Shown here: positions 25,366 to 32,000 of the stretch, piece by piece
Layout of the letters: the number at the start of each line of letters is the position of its first letter
Numbering within the stretch: position 1 is the stretch's first letter
Assembly: GCA_964480775.1 (NCBI GenBank)
Contig: CAYZRF010000005.1
Location: forward strand, 56,593 to 88,592
Source: an uncultured Nitrososphaerota archaeon
GTDB taxonomy: Archaea; Korarchaeota; Korarchaeia; Korarchaeales; Korarchaeaceae
Length of the DNA stretch: 32,000 nucleotides
Direction of reading: 5' to 3'
Program-made: the position numbers and the translations under genes
Notes under the pieces: model-generated
What the model was told of the DNA's origin: nothing
Databases searched by the model: none
Seen by the model: the letters and a program-made list of their open reading frames with translations, nothing else

Positions 25366-26928
25366 ATGGACTTCCTGTTGAAGGGCTGGCTAAAATTTAA
25401 CAGAAGCCTCGATGAGGCCGATATAGCCATACTAGCTGAAATAATCAAACAAAAAGTTCCAGAACAATTTATCAAGGGAGTTCCTAAGGGTAAGAAAGGC
25501 AGTAGAGTCGTGAATTGGGAGATTAAAGGAAACATATTACAAATTGAGATAGAAGGAACTAGGTACCTGAGGCCACACGATGCATTGCTGAGATTGAAGA
25601 ATCTCCTCTTGGCTGAATTGTCAAGGAGAAGACTTGGTATAAGAGATCTCAAAGTAGAGGAGTATAGGATAAAGACAGATGTTGAAATAAAACCCAGCGA
25701 TGTAGGGAAAATCTTAGGAGATTATGCTGAGGTGCTCAACGAGAAACCACTCGTAATAGCCTTTAAGGACCTAAAAGAAGAGGACATAAAGTCTCGTTTA
25801 ATAGATAGAGCCCTAACAGAGCTCACAAAAGCCATAGAGGAAGAGGCAGTTCCAAAGGGGAAACTGGTGCCTGTCGGAACTATCCTATTGAAAACCATCC
25901 AGAAACCGTATGCTACTGAGAACGAAGTCCCCATAGATCCCAGCAATCTAGCAATCAAGAAGGGCTGGATAAAACGATTTCCAGGAAGGGGACAGTGGGT
26001 AATAACCTCCCCCATGGCAAGACTGCTTAGGGTCTTGAAGGAAATGATAGAGGACCACATCTTGATACCTTTAGGCTTTCAAGAGTGGATGTTCCCTAAG
26101 CTGATCCCTTGGGATGTTTATGAGAAGATGCCTGGTTACTTCGAGCATCTAGCAGAAGGTTTAATGTATGTTTGTCATGCAGGAAGGGACCCGGAGGCAT
26201 TAAAGGAGTTTAAACTCGAGGCCAGACTGAAAAAGAAGGCAGACCCATCTCTTGTAAGGAAGGAGCTGGAAGGACCCACACACATCCTAGCAGCAGCCCA
26301 ATGTGAGCCTTTTTACCAATTCTTTAGTGGAGAGATAACTCCGGAAGAGGTTCTACCCGTTAAAGTCTATGATGCATCTGGTTGGACTTATAGATGGGAA
26401 GGGGGCGGAGTAGAGGGGTTACTAAGGACGGTGGAATTCTTCAGACTCGAAGTAGTCTGGTTAGGCACACCAGAGCAGGTTGTGGATATAAGATGGGACT
26501 TAGCTGACAAGACATTCAATTTCCTAGACAAGGTTTTAGATCTCGAAGTTAGAATGACAGTTGGAGCTCCTTTCTACATGACAACGGAACAGGCTCAAGA
26601 GAGGCTCGTCGATATATCTGGGGAGAAGTATCCAGAGGTTCCCACTTTGGACATTGAAGCTTATTTACCATACAAAGGTAGTAGAGAGGAGGCTGAATGG
26701 CTAGAGATAAATGGAATCAACGTACACAAAAAGAAATACGTCGATAGCTTTAAGATCAAGGCAAACACAGAGGTCTGGACGGGTTGTAATGGATACGGTC
26801 TCACTAGATATATAGTCGCTTTCTTGGCAAGACATGGCTTTGAACGAGAGAGGTGGCCAAGAGAAGTGAGGGAGAGATATGAAGGTTCATACGTTCCAAA
26901 GACGCCAAAACTCATCACCTGGCCCTAA
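25366..26928 (+). CDS. serS: Seryl-tRNA synthetase, rare methanogen type (type-2 SerRS)
   Basis: 520 aa from ATG 25366 (SD-like GGTGGGTGG upstream). EGTRYLRPHDA, KGWIKRFPGRGQW, AAAQCEPFYQFF, SGWTYRWEGGG, EFFRLE, WTGCNGYGLTRYIVAFLARHGF and the terminal KLITWP match blocks I recall from Methanosarcina barkeri SerRS. These include the zinc-ligand Cys positions. The ORF-track N-terminal extension (25261) is probably not translated. Confidence 0.75.
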   Translation: MDFLLKGWLKFNRSLDEADIAILAEIIKQKVPEQFIKGVPKGKKGSRVVNWEIKGNILQIEIEGTRYLRPHDALLRLKNLLLAELSRRRLGIRDLKVEEYRIKTDVEIKPSDVGKILGDYAEVLNEKPLVIAFKDLKEEDIKSRLIDRALTELTKAIEEEAVPKGKLVPVGTILLKTIQKPYATENEVPIDPSNLAIKKGWIKRFPGRGQWVITSPMARLLRVLKEMIEDHILIPLGFQEWMFPKLIPWDVYEKMPGYFEHLAEGLMYVCHAGRDPEALKEFKLEARLKKKADPSLVRKELEGPTHILAAAQCEPFYQFFSGEITPEEVLPVKVYDASGWTYRWEGGGVEGLLRTVEFFRLEVVWLGTPEQVVDIRWDLADKTFNFLDKVLDLEVRMTVGAPFYMTTEQAQERLVDISGEKYPEVPTLDIEAYLPYKGSREEAEWLEINGINVHKKKYVDSFKIKANTEVWTGCNGYGLTRYIVAFLARHGFERERWPREVRERYEGSYVPKTPKLITWP

Positions 26929-26938
26929 GCCAAAGGGA

Positions 26939-27577
26939 ATGGTAGTCTTTGACATGGATGGAACCCTAATTGAAACTAAGAGTTCTTGGTGGTTGATCCA
27001 TCAGGCAATGGGGACTAAAAGTAAGGCCGAAGAGTATGAGAAAATGTATCGAGAGGGAATAATCGACTATGACAGGTGGGCTGAACTAGACATAAGTACT
27101 TGGATTGGGAAGGATTTTTCTCCTGCTCTCACAGCTCTCAGAAAGGTCAAGCTAATGAAGGGAGCACAGGATGCTGTCAGACTTTTGAGGTCTAATGGCT
27201 TCATCGTTGGAGTTGTAAGTGCTGGTCTCAACGTAGTTCTTGAGAGGGTTCTCAAAGAAGTTAAGCTGGATTTCTACGAGATAAACGAACTTGAAATCAA
27301 AGACAACATTGTAGTAGGCTGTACTACGAGGGTAGGTTATCGTGATAAGGGTAGAAAAGTTATAGAGCTGAGTAAAAGGTTTTCAATCCCTCTAAATCGT
27401 GTTATAGTGGTTGGTGATGCAGAAAACGATTTAGAAATGTTTAAACTCCCACAAGTTCTTAGAATAGCGTTCTTACCATCTCATCATGAACTTGAAAGGC
27501 TTGCAGACATTACAATAAAAGAAAAGGATCTCATGAAGGTGGCTATAGCTATACTTGAAAGGTTCAACGGAAATTGA
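26939..27577 (+). CDS. HAD-superfamily phosphatase, SerB (phosphoserine phosphatase)-like subfamily IB
   Basis: Motif I is VVFDMDGTL, motif II VGVVSAGL, and motif III/IV K...VVGDAENDLEMF. ATG 26939 lies 11 nt after the SerRS stop. Confidence 0.65.
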   Translation: MVVFDMDGTLIETKSSWWLIHQAMGTKSKAEEYEKMYREGIIDYDRWAELDISTWIGKDFSPALTALRKVKLMKGAQDAVRLLRSNGFIVGVVSAGLNVVLERVLKEVKLDFYEINELEIKDNIVVGCTTRVGYRDKGRKVIELSKRFSIPLNRVIVVGDAENDLEMFKLPQVLRIAFLPSHHELERLADITIKEKDLMKVAIAILERFNGN

Positions 27578-27622
27578 AGTTTATCATGCCCCTTTTTAAA
27601 GGCCTTAGGGATAAATAATCTG

Positions 27623-28258
27623 ATGAAAGACGAGCCATTACTTTTGGATTTCGACAATCCATCCATAACTGCCCTTGGTTCAGAGCTTGCAAATGAGACA
27701 GGAAGAAAAATACTCATGATGCTGGCCAAAGGGCCTCAGAGTGCAGGGATGTTAGCAGAACAGCTGGAAATACCGGTAAATACCGTCCTTTTTCACATAA
27801 AAAGGTTGGAAAGAGCTGGAATCATTAAGATAGAGGAAATCACCGCAGGTAGGAGGGGCAGAAGGAAACTCTATTCCTTAGTCTCAACATCAATAATTCT
27901 AACTGTTGAGAACAAAGAGAAGACCATTAGATCGCTGCGAAGCTGGTTAGAGGGAACGAGCAAAACATTGTGGCTTGCAGCGAGACCTATAATACCAGTT
28001 ATTCTCGTAGCGATTTGCCTGGCTTGGGGATGGACATACTTTGGACCCATTATGACGCCTGGTATGCGGGACCTAAGCGAGAAGGGAACCTTCCAGGCAC
28101 CGTCATCCATACCAGCAATTTCAGGAGCAGAAAATACATCTACTATCCCTGAAGTAGAAGGAATACAAGTATTCTGGTGGGCTCTAATTCTCTCACTGTT
28201 GTCAGCAATACTCGCTTTTGTAATTACTTTTATCCTTCTGCGGAGGAAGTCGAGATAG
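27623..28258 (+). CDS. Membrane-tethered ArsR-family winged-helix transcription regulator
   Basis: 211 aa. ETGRKILMMLAKGPQSAGMLAEQLEIPVNTVLFHIKRLERAGII is a classic ArsR HTH. Two C-terminal TM helices are present (IIPVILVAICLAWGW and VFWWALILSLLSAILAFVITFILL). Confidence 0.7.
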   Translation: MKDEPLLLDFDNPSITALGSELANETGRKILMMLAKGPQSAGMLAEQLEIPVNTVLFHIKRLERAGIIKIEEITAGRRGRRKLYSLVSTSIILTVENKEKTIRSLRSWLEGTSKTLWLAARPIIPVILVAICLAWGWTYFGPIMTPGMRDLSEKGTFQAPSSIPAISGAENTSTIPEVEGIQVFWWALILSLLSAILAFVITFILLRRKSR

Positions 28259-28499
28259 GTTTGCCTCTGCAATGAACGGTTCCCTTGAATCTCCTGATAA
28301 AATTGGGGCAGATGTAACATTCAAGAAAAGAAACTCTCTTTCCAAGTACTGGACAGTCAACAGCGTCCTTACTGAATTTGCGTACCATGCCACCTCCAAG
28401 CATCTCTTTAACCTTTTCCTTAACCTCCTTCTTCGTTCTAAGAGCCCTCTCCAACCTTATTATGGCCACCTCATACCGTGGTCTTTCTGCCGATGTCAT
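28230..28499 (-). CDS. Small Cys-rich (putative zinc-binding) protein with a charged N-terminal helix
   Basis: 89 aa with the Cys/His pattern CPVLGK...ECYICPNF...VHCRG. The N-terminus ERPRYEVAIIRLERALRTKKEVKEKVKEML looks like genuine helical coding sequence. The overlapping plus-frame translation looks like junk by comparison. The gene overlaps the ArsR-like gene end by 29 nt. Confidence 0.5.
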   Translation of the reverse strand: MTSAERPRYEVAIIRLERALRTKKEVKEKVKEMLGGGMVRKFSKDAVDCPVLGKRVSFLECYICPNFIRRFKGTVHCRGKPISTSSAEG

Positions 28500-28550
28500 G
28501 CCATGTTGCCTATTGGAACCATTTTTTATGAATTTCTCTTTTTTGGATCA

Positions 28551-29267
28551 TTGATGGCACCAGCCATTCTGATGGATCTGTGGAGAACCCTAATAGAACC
28601 CATAGTTCCGATGGAATTTTACTATAAAGCGCGCATTCTTGAACTTTTAAGAGCGTGCGGAGTAAGCCCCTCAGATGATCTTCTAGAGCTGGCTTATTCC
28701 GTGTATAGAAACCTTGAGGATGAACTTTTAGTGATGAGAAAGAACACACTAAAAGAAGTTCCTGCCCAAAAAGCACTATCTATGTTTTTTGAAAGATTAG
28801 GACTGACCGTTCGTGTGGGAGAGCGACACCTAAAGGCTTACTCATGGCCCTTCCTTGAATTGACAAGATTGAGAGATGGAGCGAGAATGGTGCTTGAGAA
28901 CCTCTCTACCGAATATACGCTCATTTTAGTCTCAAATATTGCTTTAACTAGGATGGGAAAGGAGGTTTTGAGGAGAAATGGTCTTTCAAGCTATTTTTTA
29001 GCCACCCTGTTTTCTGATGAAGTAGGTTACAGAAAACCACATCCAAAAATATTTCAATTGGCTCTTCAACTCGCCGAAACAAGCCCTCACGAGTGTATTA
29101 TGGTTGGAGACGAGTTGGAAGATGACATGTTTGGCGCCAAGAACTTGGGCATCAGGACGATTTGGGTTCCTTGGAATCGCAGCCATCCAAGACCTCCAGA
29201 GTATGTAGATGAAGTTGCTTACTCGCTCAAGGACATTCTAAAAATAGTTAGGAGGCTAATGAGTTGA
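28551..29267 (+). CDS. HAD-superfamily hydrolase subfamily IA with an atypical motif I (DxW instead of DxD)
   Basis: Motif I is AILMDLWRTL, motif II LILVSNI, motif III YRKPHPKIF and motif IV MVGDELEDDMFGA. Start ATG 28551 (MAPAIL) is preferred and ATG 28503 is possible. The ORF-track start at 28272 overlaps the minus-strand gene and is rejected. Confidence 0.65.
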   Translation: MMAPAILMDLWRTLIEPIVPMEFYYKARILELLRACGVSPSDDLLELAYSVYRNLEDELLVMRKNTLKEVPAQKALSMFFERLGLTVRVGERHLKAYSWPFLELTRLRDGARMVLENLSTEYTLILVSNIALTRMGKEVLRRNGLSSYFLATLFSDEVGYRKPHPKIFQLALQLAETSPHECIMVGDELEDDMFGAKNLGIRTIWVPWNRSHPRPPEYVDEVAYSLKDILKIVRRLMS

Positions 29268-29545
29268 AATTTAAGCTTTTAGACGTTTTAGTATGTCCTA
29301 AATGTAATGGATTTCCTTTGGTGCTATTAAATTACACAACAGAGATTGTAGAAACAAAGAAAAAACCAAGATCGGTTCTTTGCAATAAGTTCTGTGGTAT
29401 GAAAGCGCGGCCCCCTTCAGAAGTAAATCAGGAGGACTGTGATATCTGTCTGGGTATAGAAGTAGTAGCAGGCGAACTCGTTTGTGAGTCTTGTGGCGCG
29501 AGATATGGAGTTTATAAGGGAGTACCCTCTTTTTTGACTAGATAA
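29264..29545 (+). CDS. Trm112-like zinc-ribbon protein (methyltransferase activator family) with an internal Cys-containing insertion
   Basis: 93 aa. The ends match Trm112/UPF0434: LLDVLVCPKCNGFPL ... GELVCESCGARYGVYKGVPSFL. The TTG start overlaps the upstream TGA stop. Confidence 0.65.
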   Translation: MKFKLLDVLVCPKCNGFPLVLLNYTTEIVETKKKPRSVLCNKFCGMKARPPSEVNQEDCDICLGIEVVAGELVCESCGARYGVYKGVPSFLTR

Positions 29546-29580
29546 GCCCTCAGAACTATCGGCTCGTAAGATAAGCAATC

Positions 29581-29606
29581 TTTTAATATTTGTGATAAAA
29601 TATTAG
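29581..29606 (+). promoter_or_regulatory. AT-rich candidate TATA region upstream of tRNA-Tyr
   Basis: TTTTAATATTTGTGATAAAATATTAG lies 13-38 nt upstream of the tRNA 5' end. Which A/T block is the TATA box cannot be resolved by eye. Confidence 0.35.
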
Positions 29607-29618
29607 ATTTCTTGGATT

Positions 29619-29746
29619 CGGGGCGTAGCTCAGTGGCAGAGCGGCCGGCTGTAGGGGTTCGGCGGATGCTGAGCCCTCTCGGTAGCCGCTCGTTCAAGAA
29701 TCCGTCAGAAACCGGCAGGTCCCGGGTTCAAATCCCGGCGCCCCGA
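29619..29746 (+). tRNA. tRNA-Tyr (anticodon GUA) with a 56-nt GC-rich intron at position 37/38
   Basis: Hand-folded. Acceptor is CGGGGCG/CGCCCCG with the archaeal Tyr identity pair C1-G72 and discriminator A. D stem is GCUC/GAGC, anticodon stem GCCGG/CCGGC, loop CUGUAG|intron 29655-29710|A, T arm CCGGG-UUCAAAU-CCCGG. No CCA is encoded. Confidence 0.85.
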
Positions 29747-29758
29747 TCCTCCTTTTCA

Positions 29759-30139
29759 TTATTTCCTTAACTTTTTGTATCGGTAGAATATCCTTGAGGC
29801 GATGGCGCTTCTATCCAATCCTGATCTTAGTATGGCTTTAGACACTTCCTCAAGTTCTTCCTTACTCAGAGATCTTATGACGCTCCCTACTTTCTCCCTA
29901 AACCAAATGTTTTTCTCTGCTAATCTAAACATATCTAGATCTGCACTGGAAAGCCCAGCTCTTATCAATTTATATGTGATTTCAGGACGAATCTGAGCCA
30001 AAATTTCAGGTGCTTGTTCATAAAACTCAGCTAAAAAGCTCCAAAATTCTTCAGCAGCATAGGAAAGCGAAATTTTCCCTTCATTGAGTTTCGTTAAGAT
30101 CTCAGAGACTTTTTTTGGATTTTTCAAGCCATAAAACAC
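29759..30139 (-). CDS. Hypothetical all-helical protein
   Basis: 126-aa ORF with normal-looking helical composition. No motif was recognised. A GTG start is inferred, so the N-terminus is uncertain. Confidence 0.45.
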   Translation of the reverse strand: MFYGLKNPKKVSEILTKLNEGKISLSYAAEEFWSFLAEFYEQAPEILAQIRPEITYKLIRAGLSSADLDMFRLAEKNIWFREKVGSVIRSLSKEELEEVSKAILRSGLDRSAIASRIFYRYKKLRK

Positions 30140-30236
30140 CTCAACAAGCGGCCTCCGTCTCTTTCAGGAATCATCACCAATCAGAGATCACCTCCCTCTT
30201 CATCGGCCGAGTGAAGTTATCAAACAAGCATATAAA

Positions 30237-31181
30237 TCAATGAGGTTTATTAATGATCTTAACTTTCATGCCGCTCTTTCTCAGTATTTTTTCAAGAAGC
30301 TCTATGTCTCTTGGATTAATGGTGGCACCAGCAGCTCTTTTATGTCCTCCACCACCAAGTTTTGTGGCAAGTTCCAAAGCACTTACCATAGAACCCTCCC
30401 TACTTCTTATCGACAGCCTTCCCCTACCATTATCAGATATCCTCAAAACAGCCTCTAGATCAACTAAATTTTGAAGGTTATAGTGAATCAGGGGGCTGAG
30501 ATATCCTGGGCCCCTTCCTACATAAATTATGACAGCAAGAGCCCTCCCATCTTCTATTTCCTTTGGAAGAGAGCCTATCCATGACAAAAAAGCCTGTTCT
30601 TCGTTTTCAATATCTTTCCAAATCGGGAAAATAGTCTTAAGTCTTAAGAGTTCATCTCCGCTCGTTGGAGCCTCACGCACGAGTTCTTCAACGACCTTCC
30701 TAAGGGAAGCCTCCCTGCCTACCGATGAGAATAATTTCCTAACCACTACAGTAAACCTTATTGAGCCCTCATCGTACTTCCCTGAGTCCACTTCCGAAGT
30801 TAAATCTACCAAGGGCTTTAGTTGGCTAAGATCAGATTCTTTACTGAGTAATTCCCATACAAGGAGTGATGTAGAGGGATATTCGGGCTTGACAAAGGAC
30901 TTAATTGCTCTCTTTCTACCAAGTTCAACATTGCTTGGATGGTGGTCAAAGAGGAGACTGCATCCTCCTTTAGGAGGAGGAAGATCAGTTACTATGTCGT
31001 ACTTCTTCTTATCTTCTATAGCCCAGTATGGTGCTGAAAACTTGAGATTTACTAATTTTCCAAGAAGTTTCCAAAATATTCCCCCTGAGACTAATCCATC
31101 TAAGTCTTCTCCATGCGTCAGTAGGCTGTATGGAGGATCTCTTTGCGACTCGAGCCACATCAGGAGACCTTCCAAATTCAA
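30237..31181 (-). CDS. DHH/DHHA1 family phosphoesterase (NrnA-like)
   Basis: 314 aa with THGEDLDGLVSG (DHH motif II), LFDHHPSN (DHH motif III) and GGGHKRAAG (DHHA1 motif). Confidence 0.75.
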   Translation of the reverse strand: MNLEGLLMWLESQRDPPYSLLTHGEDLDGLVSGGIFWKLLGKLVNLKFSAPYWAIEDKKKYDIVTDLPPPKGGCSLLFDHHPSNVELGRKRAIKSFVKPEYPSTSLLVWELLSKESDLSQLKPLVDLTSEVDSGKYDEGSIRFTVVVRKLFSSVGREASLRKVVEELVREAPTSGDELLRLKTIFPIWKDIENEEQAFLSWIGSLPKEIEDGRALAVIIYVGRGPGYLSPLIHYNLQNLVDLEAVLRISDNGRGRLSIRSREGSMVSALELATKLGGGGHKRAAGATINPRDIELLEKILRKSGMKVKIINKPH

Positions 31182-31249
31182 GCACTCCCTAATGACGATT
31201 GGTTGAGATGTATTTAAAACAACACCGGGGTGGAGAGAACTGAGGTGAA

Positions 31250-31711
31250 TTGGGAAAGAAAGTACTCACAGCAGGAACTTTCGACATAATCCACGCAGGA
31301 CATGTTCGACTTCTAAAAGAAGCTAAGAAACTGGCTGGTCCTGATGGGGAGTTAGTCGTAATTATAGCCAGGGACAAGAACGTTAGAAAGTATAAGGGAC
31401 ATCCACCGATCTTCACAGAAAAAGAAAGATTGTTTATGATGCAAAACCTCAAACCGGTGGATAAAGCGATTCTAGGAGACTCAGAAGACCCTCTGTCGGC
31501 AATTGAAAAGGAGAAGCCTGACATAATCGTTCTCGGGTACGATCAATGGGTAAACGAGGATTGGTTAGCCAAAGAGCTAAAGAAAAGAGGGTTGGAAATA
31601 AAACTGGTACGCATGAGAAAATTTGAGGTAGAGATACCATCCACCAGCACCGTTGTGGAGAGAATAATGAAATTGTTCGGAAAGCAAGATGGAAGTGGAG
31701 TTAAAAGGTGA
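31250..31711 (+). CDS. ribL: Archaeal FAD synthetase RibL (FMN adenylyltransferase, cytidylyltransferase-like)
   Basis: 153 aa with LTAGTFDIIHAGHVRLLKEAKKLG and VVIIARDKNV...KGHPPIF.EKERL..., as in the MJ1179-type RibL. A TTG start is inferred. Confidence 0.7.
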   Translation: MGKKVLTAGTFDIIHAGHVRLLKEAKKLAGPDGELVVIIARDKNVRKYKGHPPIFTEKERLFMMQNLKPVDKAILGDSEDPLSAIEKEKPDIIVLGYDQWVNEDWLAKELKKRGLEIKLVRMRKFEVEIPSTSTVVERIMKLFGKQDGSGVKR

Positions 31712-31822
31712 ACTCCTACCAGTAAAATTATTCCCATGCATCAATTTTCATTTCAAAGAAATCAAAGATAGTTACCTCTTATAGGTTCATTAAACTTAAA
31801 ATTTCCCATTTTAAAAGCAAAA

Positions 31823-32000
31823 TTAGCCTCCTTCTTCCCTGAAGATGGGGATTTCAAGATAGGTGGAAAATATGGGATGCCCTTTCTTTGCAGCAGTTAC
31901 GTAAAGCGTTACTCGTGTGTAATTTCCTGGAGGCAAGTATAAAATAGCATTAGTTTCCCCGCGAGTATCCGTTCTACTAAGATTTGGAATTACGGACGAG
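31823..32000 (-). CDS. C-terminal fragment of an unidentified protein; the gene continues beyond the window
   Basis: My hand translation of the minus strand from 31999 gives 58 open codons, ending ...AILYLPPGNYTRVTLYVTAAKKGHPIFSTYLEIPIFREEGG, followed by TAA (plus-strand TTA 31823-31825). The fragment is too short to appear in the ORF track. Confidence 0.35.
   Translation of the reverse strand, partial: SSVIPNLSRTDTRGETNAILYLPPGNYTRVTLYVTAAKKGHPIFSTYLEIPIFREEGG

Noticed and set aside
28272-28502. N-terminal 77-93 residues of the 331-aa plus-strand ORF
   Set aside because: The translation (..HLFNLFLNLLLRSKSPLQPYYGHLIPWSFCRCHA) looks non-protein-like and precedes the HAD motif I, which normally sits within about 10 residues of the N-terminus. 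The opposite strand encodes a more plausible small protein.

Overview
This is a compact archaeal chromosomal segment with about 38 protein genes, two intron-containing tRNA genes and very short or overlapping gene junctions. Archaeal markers are an HMf-type histone, the Holliday-junction resolvase Hjc, ribosomal protein S25e (a TACK/eukaryote-type r-protein), archaeal DtdA, RibL FAD synthetase, a tRNA-Tyr with a C1-G72 pair, and long introns at tRNA position 37/38. Most content is housekeeping or cofactor metabolism: pyruvate kinase, ThiL, MtaB-type methylthiotransferase, a beta-CASP RNase, an M50 site-2 protease, a GT4 glycosyltransferase, a DHH phosphoesterase, three MBL-fold hydrolases and HAD hydrolases. 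I found no rRNA, CRISPR array, transposase or integrase. Seven things are worth a second look. (1) hjc is translationally coupled to a membrane-anchored protein that looks HerA/DUF87-like but lacks a P-loop. (2) pspA is paired with a two-TM winged-helix protein. (3) A roughly 1.8 kb AT-rich, almost ORF-free island surrounds the histone gene and tRNA-Arg, and it is dense in short palindromes. (4) A rare methanogen-type seryl-tRNA synthetase sits directly upstream of a SerB-like phosphatase. (5) A rimI / Cys-less TusA-like / CX5CX2C radical-SAM operon is tightly coupled. (6) A radical-SAM protein looks like a tetraether lipid synthase (Tes/GDGT-MAS). (7) A small Cas2/VapD-like ORF is coupled to dtdA. 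All family assignments come from reading motifs by eye; no database search was possible.
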